64,000 nucleotides of DNA from Deltaproteobacteria bacterium (GTDB lineage Bacteria > Desulfobacterota > Binatia > UBA12015), in the NCBI GenBank assembly GCA_016874795.1, contig VGTG01000010.1:9740-73739 (forward strand), written 5' to 3'. The position numbers and the translations under genes were made by a program. This document shows, one piece after another, positions 51,302 to 59,606 of this stretch (its first letter is position 1; every line of letters starts with the position of its first letter). A model generated the notes under the pieces. It had not been told where the DNA came from. It saw only the letters and a program-made list of their open reading frames with translations, and did not search any database.

Positions 51302-52589
51302 GGCGCCACTCGGACCCGTTCGGGAACGCGAGTGCTTCGAGGGACTCGGGGTGCATCTCGATCGAGTAGCCGGGGGCTTCCGGAACCACGTACCGCCCAT
51401 CTCGCACGCGTGCGGGATGCACGAAGTGCTCGTGCAGATGATCGGCGAACTCCGTGCAGCGTCCGTCGAGCGAGCCGCTGACGGCGACGTAGTCGATCAT
51501 CGAGATGTGCTGCACGTACTCGCAGAGACCGAGCCCGCCGGCGTGCGGGCACACCGGAACGTCGTAGCGAGCCGCCAGGAGCAGCACGGCGAGGACCTCG
51601 TTGAGACCGCCGAGCCGGCACGCGTCGACCTGGCAGTAATCGATCGCCTGCATCTGCAGGAGCTGCTTGAAGAGCACCTTGTTGGCGCAGTGCTCGCCGG
51701 TAGCGACGCCGATCGGTCCGACGGCGCGGCGAATCGCGGCGTGGCCCACGACGTCGTCGGGGCTCGTCGGCTCCTCGATCCAGCGGAGCCCGTACGGCTC
51801 GAGGTGCTTCATCCAGGCGATCGCTTGCGGGACGTCCCACACCTGATTGGCGTCGGCCATGAGATCGCAGCCGTCGCCGATCTCCTCGCGCATGACCGCG
51901 CAGCGACGCGCGTCCGAAGCCGGGTCGATGCCGACTTTGGTCTTGAAGCGCGTCCAGCCCGCGGCGCGCGCCTCGCGGCAGAGGCGTCGGACCTGCTCCT
52001 CGGGATAGCCGAGCCAACCGGCCGACGTGATGTACGCGGGATAGCCGTCGCGTCGCATCTCGGCCTCGCGCGCGCTCCTTCCCGGAGCCTTCGCGCGAAG
52101 CATCTCGATCGCCTCTTCGCGCGTCAGGGCGTCGGTGAGGTAGCGCCAGTCGACCGCGGCCGCGAGCTCTTCGGGCTCGAGGTCGCAGACGAGCTTCCAC
52201 ACGGGCTTGCCCGCGCTTTTCGCCCAGAGATCCCAGAGGGCGTTGACGATCGCCGCGGTCGCGAGGTGGATGACGCCCTTCTCCGGTCCGAGCCAGCGAA
52301 GCTGCGAATCGTTGGTGAGGCGGCGGTGGAAGGCGCCGAAGTCGGAGGTGATCTCGGCCACGTCGCGGCCGACGACGTGGAACGCGAGCGCCTCGACGGC
52401 TGCGCAGACGACCTCGGTGCCACGGCCGATCGTGAAGGTGATGCCGTGACCGGCGTGGGCGGCATCCGTTTCGAGGATCACGTAGGCTGCCGAGTAGTCG
52501 GGATCGCCGTGGACCGCGTCGGAGCCGTGCAGCCCGCGCGAGGTCGGCGCGCGGATGTCGAGGACGCGCAGATTCGCGATCCGCGTCAT
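51294..52589 (-). CDS. L-fuconate dehydratase-like enolase-superfamily enzyme (mandelate racemase/muconate lactonising family)
   Basis: MTRIANLRVLDIRAPTS...KTKVGIDPASDARRCAVMREEIG...DANQVWDV...WIEEPTSPDD. Confidence 0.82.
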   Translation of the reverse strand: MTRIANLRVLDIRAPTSRGLHGSDAVHGDPDYSAAYVILETDAAHAGHGITFTIGRGTEVVCAAVEALAFHVVGRDVAEITSDFGAFHRRLTNDSQLRWLGPEKGVIHLATAAIVNALWDLWAKSAGKPVWKLVCDLEPEELAAAVDWRYLTDALTREEAIEMLRAKAPGRSAREAEMRRDGYPAYITSAGWLGYPEEQVRRLCREARAAGWTRFKTKVGIDPASDARRCAVMREEIGDGCDLMADANQVWDVPQAIAWMKHLEPYGLRWIEEPTSPDDVVGHAAIRRAVGPIGVATGEHCANKVLFKQLLQMQAIDYCQVDACRLGGLNEVLAVLLLAARYDVPVCPHAGGLGLCEYVQHISMIDYVAVSGSLDGRCTEFADHLHEHFVHPARVRDGRYVVPEAPGYSIEMHPESLEALAFPNGSEWRRA

Positions 52590-53344
52590 CGCGCGACTCC
52601 GCCCGGAACCTGAAAGCCGTGCGTACCACCGTCGATCTGCAGTGCGCTGCCGGTCACGTAGCCGGCGGCGGGAGAGGCGAGGTAGGCGATCGCGACGGCG
52701 ATCTCCTCGGCGGTTCCGAGTCGTCCGATCGGCTGGCGCGCGACCAGCCGGGCGCGTGCGGCCGCGGGGTCGTCCGCCGCATCGAGGAGCCTGCCGACCC
52801 ACGGCGTGTCCACGGTGCCCGGACAGACACAGTTGACGCGGATGCGATCCCCGGCGCAGTCCGCCGCCATCGCCAGCGTCAACGCGTAGACCGCGCCCTT
52901 GCTCGCGCCGTAGCAGGCGCGCCGCGGCAGCCCCGTCCACGAGACGATCGAGGCCGTGTTGACGACAGCGGGATGGGGCGACCGCCGCAGATGCGGGAGA
53001 CACGCCTTGCTCATGCGCACCATGCCGAAGACGTTCACGTCGAAGACGCGCCGCCATTCGTCGATCTCGTTGTCCTCGACCGTCCCGTCCGCGCCGATGC
53101 CGGCGTTGTTGACGAGGACGTCGATGCCGTCCCATTCCCGGGCGGCTGCCGCGACCGCGGCCTCGACGCCGGCATCGTCGGTGACGTCGCAGACGATCGG
53201 GACGATGCCGGGCCGCGCCGTCGGCGGCTTCGGATCGAGTGCGGCGACGAGTGCGCCCTCGCGCACGAACGTCTCGGCCGTCGCGAGGCCGATCCCCGAG
53301 CCGGCGCCGGTGATCACGGCGCGGAGACCCTTCAGCTGCAGCAT
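52586..53344 (-). CDS. SDR-family oxidoreductase (2-keto-3-deoxy-L-fuconate dehydrogenase-like)
   Basis: AVITGAGSGIGLATA...NNAGI...YGASKGAVYALT; its stop overlaps the dehydratase ATG. Confidence 0.85.
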   Translation of the reverse strand: MLQLKGLRAVITGAGSGIGLATAETFVREGALVAALDPKPPTARPGIVPIVCDVTDDAGVEAAVAAAAREWDGIDVLVNNAGIGADGTVEDNEIDEWRRVFDVNVFGMVRMSKACLPHLRRSPHPAVVNTASIVSWTGLPRRACYGASKGAVYALTLAMAADCAGDRIRVNCVCPGTVDTPWVGRLLDAADDPAAARARLVARQPIGRLGTAEEIAVAIAYLASPAAGYVTGSALQIDGGTHGFQVPGGVAR

Positions 53345-53383
53345 GCTCGCTTCCTCTTCTCCGTCACGCGGTTCGCTCGGCGT

Positions 53384-54472
53384 TCACCCGAGAACGTTTT
53401 CCGCGGCTGCCTGCATCTCCGCAAGGGCGGCGCCGGCGTCGATCGTGCCGCGCAGGGCGTGGTGCAGCGCTTGCCAACCCGCGTCTTCGATGGCGGGAAA
53501 GCGTGCGAGCGGCGGATAGGTGATCATTCCCTCGGCGATCGTCCGGCTCGTGATCGCTCGCCGCCGCGCGTCGATCTCGTCGAGCGGTTTCACGCCATCG
53601 TGGACGGCCACGTCGGCGCAGACGGCGCCGCTCTCGGCTTCGAGCGCATGGGCCTCCGAAGAGCAGAGGCGGCGCACGAGGCGAACCGCGCCGTCGAGGT
53701 CGCCGCAGGTCGACGGGATCGCCCACGAGTGACATCCGGCGTACGAGCGCAATCCGTTCGCGCCGGAGAGATACGGGTGCGGCTCGAGGTCGCGCCCGGC
53801 GGCGGAGGCACGGAGCTCCTGCGTCGCACCGGGCCAGGCGGCGGCGAGCGCCACGCGCCCGGAACCGAGAGCCGCGTCGACCTGGTCGTAGTGCCAGTCC
53901 GGGAGATCCGCCGGACTGCGATGGGCCACGGCGACGAGCGTCTCGACGGCGCGTCGTCCCTCCGGCGACGACAGCGTGGGCCGGAGGCGGTCGTCGAAGA
54001 GGCGCCCCCCGTGAGCGGCCACGACTTCGAAGAAGGTTCCGAAGAGCCCCGACTCCCGGCCGGGAAACGCAAAGGTCAGAGGGGAAGCGACGAGATCGTC
54101 CCACGTCGTCGGCACCGCGTTCCCGGCGAGCAGGGAGCGGTTCGCCCAGAGGACACGCACGTCGATGTTGCGCGGCACCGACAACAGCGAACCGTCGAAG
54201 CGACAGAGATCGACGGCGCGCGGGGCGAGGGGTCGGAGCGTCGCGTCGTCGACGAGGCCGTCGAGCGGCGTCAACCATTGGCTCTGCGAAGGAGCGTACT
54301 TCGAATGCGTCGACAGGACGTCGATCCGCTCCCCGCGGCGGAGCATCGACTCGACGGTGCGGTTCAGGGTCGGGTGATCGGCGTGGACGACCACCTCGAC
54401 GTCGAGCCCGTCCAGGATGCGGTAGAGGCCGTCGTACATCGGGCCGCCGACGAGCGCGATGCGCAAGGTCAC
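53384..54472 (-). CDS. ABC transporter substrate-binding-protein-like protein lacking its own signal peptide (possible frameshifted gene)
   Basis: VTLRIALVGGPMYDGLY... extracellular solute-binding fold pattern; the GTG start overlaps the stop of the small signal-peptide ORF immediately upstream. Confidence 0.55.
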   Translation of the reverse strand: MTLRIALVGGPMYDGLYRILDGLDVEVVVHADHPTLNRTVESMLRRGERIDVLSTHSKYAPSQSQWLTPLDGLVDDATLRPLAPRAVDLCRFDGSLLSVPRNIDVRVLWANRSLLAGNAVPTTWDDLVASPLTFAFPGRESGLFGTFFEVVAAHGGRLFDDRLRPTLSSPEGRRAVETLVAVAHRSPADLPDWHYDQVDAALGSGRVALAAAWPGATQELRASAAGRDLEPHPYLSGANGLRSYAGCHSWAIPSTCGDLDGAVRLVRRLCSSEAHALEAESGAVCADVAVHDGVKPLDEIDARRRAITSRTIAEGMITYPPLARFPAIEDAGWQALHHALRGTIDAGAALAEMQAAAENVLG

Positions 54473-54654
54473 GGTCGTCCCACGGCATCGGCTGCGGCGA
54501 AGTGAGCCATCTGATCGGCGTGAGCCTTCTCGAACGAGGGGCGCTGCGGCGTCTCGTCCTTGTACGCGGCGAGCTTCTCCTTGGCGGACCTCGCGATCGC
54601 CGGCGTCGCGAGGAGAAGCAGCGCGGCCGCGGCGAGCAGGGACAGCCGCTCCAT
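54469..54654 (-). CDS. small secreted protein (signal peptide MERLSLLAAAALLLLATPAIA + ~40 aa), possibly the detached N-terminus of the downstream substrate-binding protein
   Basis: ATG preceded by AGGAGG at 6 nt; a cleavable signal peptide; the ORF ends in a GTGA overlap with the SBP-like gene. Confidence 0.5.
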   Translation of the reverse strand: MERLSLLAAAALLLLATPAIARSAKEKLAAYKDETPQRPSFEKAHADQMAHFAAADAVGRP

Positions 54655-54693
54655 CCTCTGCCTCCTCATGGTTCGATCGAATAGCAGGAACGA

Positions 54694-54721
54694 CGAATGG
54701 CAGGAACGACGGGACTTGACT
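54694..54721 (-). promoter_or_regulatory. tandem direct repeat CGTCGTTCCTGC-N4-CGTCGTTCCTGC (minus-strand sense) about 40-65 nt upstream of the small secreted ORF; candidate transcription-factor site
   Basis: Two exact 12-bp copies 16 bp apart in the promoter region of the minus-strand catabolic operon. Confidence 0.4.
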
Positions 54722-54917
54722 GTCGCGCGTCCTCGCTCTCGGTGCGGCGAAAGGAGGGACGTCGCTCCCCGTCGGCATCGCCGCAGGCCTCACCGCAACG
54801 ACGAGCGCGACGGTCCAACTGCGGGCCTCCAACGCCGAGTGCTTCTCGGCGACGCTGACGAGCATCGCCGTGCAGGAGTCGAGCTTCTTCGAGGCGAAGG
54901 AGGCGCGAGACGAATCA

Positions 54918-55005
54918 GCGGAGGGGGTGGGATTCGAACCCACGAGGGCTTTGAGACCCTGCCGGTTTTCAAGACCGGTGCCTTCAACCACTCGGCCACC
55001 CCTCC
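54918..55005 (-). tRNA. tRNA-Ser (anticodon TGA)
   Basis: 88 nt with a long variable arm; GGAGGGG acceptor; anticodon stem CCGGT/ACCGG with loop CTTGAAA; T-arm GTGGGTTCGAATCCCAC. Confidence 0.8.
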
Positions 55006-55156
55006 CGGAACCCGCTCGATTTCTGGGGTAGCGGCTCCTCGGAGGCGCGTCCAGCGCTCGGCCAGGGTTGCGATTCCGTGAAAATCCACCGGCGGGCGCG
55101 CCAGAGGGGCGGCGTCCCCTACACCAACGCCCGGGAATCGCGTAGGGGCAAAGGCC

Positions 55157-57454
55157 ATGCACAACGCCAGATCCTCCGCTCCGGGGCTCCCCGGGCTCTC
55201 GCTTCTCGCTCTACTCCTCGCGCTCCCGACGAGCGCCGCCGCGCAGGACGAGGGCGCCCAGGTCGAGCAGATCGTCGTCACCGCGCAGAAGCGCGAGCAG
55301 CGCTGGCTCGACGTGCCGATCAACTTGACGGCGATGTCGGGCGACTTCCTCGACGACCTCGGCCTCTACGACTTCGAGCGGGTCGGAACGCTCGTACCCG
55401 GCGTCACGATCCAGGCGCAGAGCGCGAACAACCCCGGTTACAACGTCCGCGGCATCACGAGCGACGACGGCTCCTCGCAGTTCGAGGACCGCGTCTCGCT
55501 CTACGAGGACGGCGTCCCGATCAGCCGGAGCCGCGGCTCGTACATCGAGATCTTCGACGTCGAGCGCGTCGAGGTGCTGAAGGGGCCGCAGAGCACGCTC
55601 TTCGGACGCAGTGCGGAGATCGGCGCGATCAGCGTCATCTCGAACAAGCCGGACGACGAGCTCTCGGGAAGCGTCCGCCTCGGCGGCGGAAACCTCGGCT
55701 ACTTCATCGCCGACGCGTACGTGAACGTGCCGGTGAGCGAGGGCATGCAGACGCGCTTCGCGATCATCCACCGCGACCGCGAGGGCTTCCAGGAGAACCT
55801 CGCGGGCGGGACGCTGAACGGCCTCAACGTCACCGCGATCCGCGGCAGCATGCGCTTCCTGCCGAGCGACGATGTCACGATCGACGTGATCCTCGGCTAC
55901 CAGCACAACAACGCCCCGGGCACCGGCTTCAAGGCGATGAACCTCCCGACGATCGGCTCGACGACGTCGCCGTTCACGGCGGCCGATCTCGAGCGTGACG
56001 GACAGCTCGGTCTCAAGCGCAACGTCTACAGCGCGACCGGCTTGACGGAGTGGCAGCTGAACGACGACTGGAGTCTCTCCTTCAACACCTCGTGGCGGCA
56101 ATTCGACACGGACGAGGCCTTCGACGCGGACGGCAGCGCTTCCCCGGCGCTTTTCTTCCACGAGATCGTCGAGAGCAAGCAGGCGAACCAGGAGATCCGG
56201 GCGAACTACGTCGCGCTCGAGGGCGACCTGACTGGGTTCATCGGCGTCGACTTCTTCTACGAGGACGGCTCGCAGGCCGTGCCGCTCGTGATCGACGACG
56301 CGACCGTGTTCCCGATCGGAACGGCGCCGCCGCAGGACGTGCCGGGGCTCCTCTACAACCCGGTCGACGGCTTCGTGCAGAACGGGAACGACACGCTCTT
56401 CGAGATGACGAACTTCGGGACGACGTACGAGCTCGATCTCTTCACCGACGCGACGTACCGCCTGATCGACGCGCTCGACTTCACGGCGGGCGTGCGCGGC
56501 ATCTATCTCTGGAAGAACAGCGAGTTCATCTCGCCCGACGCGGTGAGCCAGCCGGGGACGGTCTGTCCCGGCCTCGGCGACCTGCCGTGCTCCGCGCTCT
56601 TCGATCTCGGAGGGCTCACGACGAACGGCGAGCTCCTCTCGAAGAGCGGCAACTTCGGCAAGGCGGTCGGTCGCGCCGTGTTCAGCTACGACTTCAACGA
56701 CCGCTTCGACACCGATGCGACGGCCTTCGCCGGCTGGAACCGCGGCTGGCGCGCGCCGGTCGTGCAGGTCGAGGCGGACGGCAGCGAGATCGTGCCGGGG
56801 GAGACGGTCGACAGCTACGAGATCGGTGCGAAGGGCCTCTTCCTCGACGGCCGCCTGCAGCTCGAGGGCTCGTTCTACTACTACACCTACGAGAATTTCC
56901 AGTTGACGTTCTTCGACCGTTCCTCACTCGGCTTTTTGACGATCGACGGCGGGAACGCGACTGGCTACGGCACGGAGCTCGCGTCGAACTCGCAGATCAC
57001 CGAGGACCTGAACTTCTTCGCCAACTTCGCGTGGACGCACGCGCGGTTCGACGACGACGTCTTCATCCCGGCGGGGACCGAGGGCCTGGTGAACCTGAAG
57101 GGCGCCCAGTTCCGCTTGACGCCGGAGTACAAGTTCAACGTCGGCGGGCAGTACTACCGGCCGGTGAACGACGACGTGAACGTCTACGCGACGACGTGGC
57201 TCACGTGGCAGTCGGAGATCTACTTCGAGACGAGCAACGACCCGCAGCTCACGCAGGGCTCGTACGGCCTCTGGAACACGCGCGTCGGCTTCAACGTCTG
57301 GAACGAGCAGCTCGAGGTCGCGATGTTCGGCTACAACCTGCTCGACAAGAACTACGTGATCGACGCGGGCAACACCGGCTACCAGTTCGGCATCCCGACG
57401 TTCGTCGCGGGAACGCCGCGGACCTGGGGCGGCGAGGTGACCTGGCGCTTCTGA
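55157..57454 (+). CDS. TonB-dependent outer-membrane receptor
   Basis: Signal peptide, TonB box-like region, a plug domain and a 22-strand barrel ending ...TWGGEVTWRF (terminal aromatic). Confidence 0.92.
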   Translation: MHNARSSAPGLPGLSLLALLLALPTSAAAQDEGAQVEQIVVTAQKREQRWLDVPINLTAMSGDFLDDLGLYDFERVGTLVPGVTIQAQSANNPGYNVRGITSDDGSSQFEDRVSLYEDGVPISRSRGSYIEIFDVERVEVLKGPQSTLFGRSAEIGAISVISNKPDDELSGSVRLGGGNLGYFIADAYVNVPVSEGMQTRFAIIHRDREGFQENLAGGTLNGLNVTAIRGSMRFLPSDDVTIDVILGYQHNNAPGTGFKAMNLPTIGSTTSPFTAADLERDGQLGLKRNVYSATGLTEWQLNDDWSLSFNTSWRQFDTDEAFDADGSASPALFFHEIVESKQANQEIRANYVALEGDLTGFIGVDFFYEDGSQAVPLVIDDATVFPIGTAPPQDVPGLLYNPVDGFVQNGNDTLFEMTNFGTTYELDLFTDATYRLIDALDFTAGVRGIYLWKNSEFISPDAVSQPGTVCPGLGDLPCSALFDLGGLTTNGELLSKSGNFGKAVGRAVFSYDFNDRFDTDATAFAGWNRGWRAPVVQVEADGSEIVPGETVDSYEIGAKGLFLDGRLQLEGSFYYYTYENFQLTFFDRSSLGFLTIDGGNATGYGTELASNSQITEDLNFFANFAWTHARFDDDVFIPAGTEGLVNLKGAQFRLTPEYKFNVGGQYYRPVNDDVNVYATTWLTWQSEIYFETSNDPQLTQGSYGLWNTRVGFNVWNEQLEVAMFGYNLLDKNYVIDAGNTGYQFGIPTFVAGTPRTWGGEVTWRF

Positions 57455-57491
57455 GCGCGTCTCGCTCGCGGTTCCGCGGTGGAGGAGGGGT

Positions 57492-57530
57492 GGGTGCCGC
57501 CCCGGGGAGGAGGGGACCGGGGCGGCACCC
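57492..57530. terminator. perfect 14-bp-arm GC hairpin (GGGTGCCGCCCCGG-11nt-CCGGGGCGGCACCC) downstream of the convergent receptor gene and a small ORF
   Basis: Exact inverted repeat; no U-tract, as is common for high-GC terminators. Confidence 0.4.
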
Positions 57531-57582
57531 GATTGTCGCGACGCACGCGACGGGGGACTCGCGTCCGTGCGGCGGGGATGAC

Positions 57583-57816
57583 CTACTGCGGAGGGAGGTT
57601 CGGGACCGAGGTCACCAGCACGGCGCGTCGCGAGCCGCTGAAGAGGAAATCGCTGTCGAGAAACGAGTCGACCAGGGCGGTGTCGTGGTTGGAGGCCGGC
57701 CGGGCGCGCAGGCCGAGGAGCGCGCCGACACGAATGAACTCGGGGTCCTCGAGGCTCAGGAGGAAGGCGTCGGTGGAGTCGGGTTGGCTGCGCTCGTTCA
57801 TGGGAGGCAGGTACAT
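57583..57816 (-). CDS. small hypothetical protein (77 aa) MYLPPMNERSQPDSTDAFLLSLEDPEFIRVGALLGLRARPASNHDTALVDSFLDSDFLF...
   Basis: In-frame subset of track ORF 57583..58032; protein-like composition; convergent with the receptor gene. Confidence 0.4.
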   Translation of the reverse strand: MYLPPMNERSQPDSTDAFLLSLEDPEFIRVGALLGLRARPASNHDTALVDSFLDSDFLFSGSRRAVLVTSVPNLPPQ

Positions 57817-58073
57817 CAAGTCGCGTGCCAACCGAGCCGCTTCGGCGCCTCGCGGCGCCACTGGCAAGTCGCATGTCGCGTCGTGCGGCAGGCGACGCGG
57901 CGTAGGAGACCCCGGGCGCGAAACGGCGCGTCTTTCCGGGGCTTTTCGCGCGGCTCTCGAGCGCGTGCGGCGAAAGCGGTCGAGTCCGCGCGGATCGCGT
58001 GGCTTTGCCGCAGCGTGCATCGCTGCAGGCAAGCCATGCGGATCGCGCTGCGGAAGCTCTAGGTGAGAAAGAC

Positions 58074-58162
58074 CGGAGAGAGAGGGATTCGAACCCTCGA
58101 TACGGGGTTAGCCGTATACGCGCTTAGCAGGCGCGCGCCTTCGACCACTCGGCCATCTCTCC
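58074..58162 (-). tRNA. tRNA-Ser (anticodon GCT)
   Basis: 89 nt with a long variable arm; GGAGAGA acceptor; anticodon stem CGCGC/GCGCG with loop CTGCTAA. Confidence 0.8.
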
Positions 58163-58347
58163 GCGCGGAGCTGCCACTTCATCGCTCCTGCATCACTGCA
58201 TTACTGGAGAGAGGTCCGCGGTCGCAAGACTCCCGGTAGAACGCGTTGGCGTTGCGCGGGTCGTCGTGCCTCGCCGCGCATCGCCGTGCCTCGCGGGACC
58301 TCGCTGGACAGCCGACCCCCCGACGGGTAGGTACCCAGCCTGCGCAC

Positions 58348-58421
58348 GCGCCCTTAGCTCAGCTGGATAGAGCGGCTGACTACGGATCAGCAGGTCGGGA
58401 GTTCGAATCTCTCAGGGCGCG
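58348..58421 (+). tRNA. tRNA-Arg (anticodon ACG); integration site of the downstream element
   Basis: GCGCCCT acceptor, D-arm GCTCAGCTGGATAGAGC, anticodon stem GCTGA/TCAGC with loop CTACGGA, T-arm GGGAGTTCGAATCTCTC. Confidence 0.82.
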
Positions 58422-58448
58422 CTAGCACTTCCGCGGGTTTTTCGGCGG

Positions 58449-59330
58449 TCAGTTCGGCAGCGCGGGCGCTTCGTCGGGGGACTGTGGCCCTTTTTGTGCC
58501 CCCTCTTTTCCTCCGAGGGTGCGCTCCAACTCGGCGATCGCGTCGAGCTTCGCCTGGTTCCGCACGTGGCTGTACCGTTGGAGCATCTGCTGCGAGACGT
58601 GGCCGGCGAGACTGCGGATCGTCTGCTCGCTCACGCGCGGGCTCTCGCAGAGCCGCGTCACGAAAGTGTGCCGGAGATCATGCCAGCGGAGCGTGAGACT
58701 CGCGAGGTCGGTGGCGCGACCCCACGCGCGCTTCCACTCCCCCATCGGCTCGCCGAGTTCGATCCCGTAGAGGTGCGGCTTCCGGCCGCCCGCGAGGGTG
58801 ATCTTGTGCCGCGGGAAGACGTACGAGTCCGGCCGGGCTCCGGGGAAGCGAGCGAGCCAGAGGGTGAGCGCGCCGCAGGCGCGCTGGGTCAGAGGAACGA
58901 CGCGGCCGGTGCCGGCGGCGGTCTTCGACTTCGGCACCACGAGGTGCCCGGAGATGATGACCCCTGCGTCCCACTCCAGGGTGAGGTCCCGCAGCCGTAG
59001 AGAGCGAATCTCCGACGCTCTGAGGCCGGTGTCGAGGCTGACTACGACAAGCGGCAGGAGGGCAGGGGAGCCGCTCTGACTGACCCCGTCGAGCAGTTTC
59101 GTTTCCTCCTCCCAGGTGATCGCCTGGCCCACGTCGTGGCGCTCGGCGAGGCGGTCGACCCCGTCCGAGATCGGCGCCCAGCACCGGAACCTGCGGAGAA
59201 TCTGCTGGAGAACCCCGACCTCTTCCTCGGCCGAAGACCGGCTAGCCCTTAGCCTCGACGAGGCGGCTCGCCGCGTCGGGGTTTCCCGGGGCTTCCTGGA
59301 GCTCGAACGCCAGCGCGGCCACCTGCGCAC
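58449..59330 (-). CDS. tyrosine-type site-specific recombinase (phage integrase family); N-terminal core-binding region short or uncertain
   Basis: Catalytic-domain motifs ...LDTGLRASE..., HDLRHTF, LAGHVSQQMLQRYSHV. The first ~70 codons are Arg/Ser-rich and overlap the xis-like gene on the opposite strand. Confidence 0.8.
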   Translation of the reverse strand: MRRWPRWRSSSRKPRETPTRRAASSRLRASRSSAEEEVGVLQQILRRFRCWAPISDGVDRLAERHDVGQAITWEEETKLLDGVSQSGSPALLPLVVVSLDTGLRASEIRSLRLRDLTLEWDAGVIISGHLVVPKSKTAAGTGRVVPLTQRACGALTLWLARFPGARPDSYVFPRHKITLAGGRKPHLYGIELGEPMGEWKRAWGRATDLASLTLRWHDLRHTFVTRLCESPRVSEQTIRSLAGHVSQQMLQRYSHVRNQAKLDAIAELERTLGGKEGAQKGPQSPDEAPALPN

Positions 59331-59415
59331 GGTGAAGCGGGGACGTCGGCGCTTCGTGTTGGTCGAAGACCTGCACGTTTGGCTAAACCGTGGCGCCGAA
59401 GGCGACGTCCGGTGA
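59116..59415 (+). CDS. excisionase/AlpA-family helix-turn-helix DNA-binding protein (start uncertain)
   Basis: C-terminal LSLDEAARRVGVSRGFLELERQRGHLRTVKRGRRRFVLVEDLHVWL matches the Xis/AlpA HTH_17 pattern. The only in-frame start is the GTG at 59116. Confidence 0.6.
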   Translation: MIAWPTSWRSARRSTPSEIGAQHRNLRRICWRTPTSSSAEDRLALSLDEAARRVGVSRGFLELERQRGHLRTVKRGRRRFVLVEDLHVWLNRGAEGDVR

Positions 59416-59606
59416 TCTGCGACGTTCTCGGTCGCTGCGAGGGTTGCGGCGAGCTTCGCCGCCGAGTCGATGTCCTGGAGCTTTCTGAAGCCGCCTTCTG
59501 GCTGATCGCCTGCCCCTGCGGCGAGCGGTGGGAGCTCGTCGTCGCGGATGCTGACGTCGCGCCAGACGAGGATGAACGTGACGAGGACGCCGGAGAGGCC
59601 GCATGA
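59412..59606 (+). CDS. small zinc-finger protein (CxxC...CxC), hypothetical
   Basis: VICDVLGRCEGCGELRR...LIACPCGERWELVV; start and stop both sit in GTGA/ATGA overlaps with neighbouring genes. Confidence 0.5.
   Translation: MICDVLGRCEGCGELRRRVDVLELSEAAFWLIACPCGERWELVVADADVAPDEDERDEDAGEAA

Noticed and set aside
55020-55156. Possible cobalamin riboswitch upstream of the TonB-dependent receptor (GUGAAAAUCC motif).
   Set aside because: It lacks the AGGGAA/GGUG spacing, the B12 box (GCCACUG) and the downstream CCCGC elements; the partial similarity looks coincidental.
58163-58347. Short direct repeats (CGTGCCTCGC x2) between the divergent tRNA-Ser and tRNA-Arg genes.
   Set aside because: Short GC-rich repeats of this kind arise by chance in 70% GC DNA. 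They are more likely ordinary tRNA promoter sequence than a distinct element.
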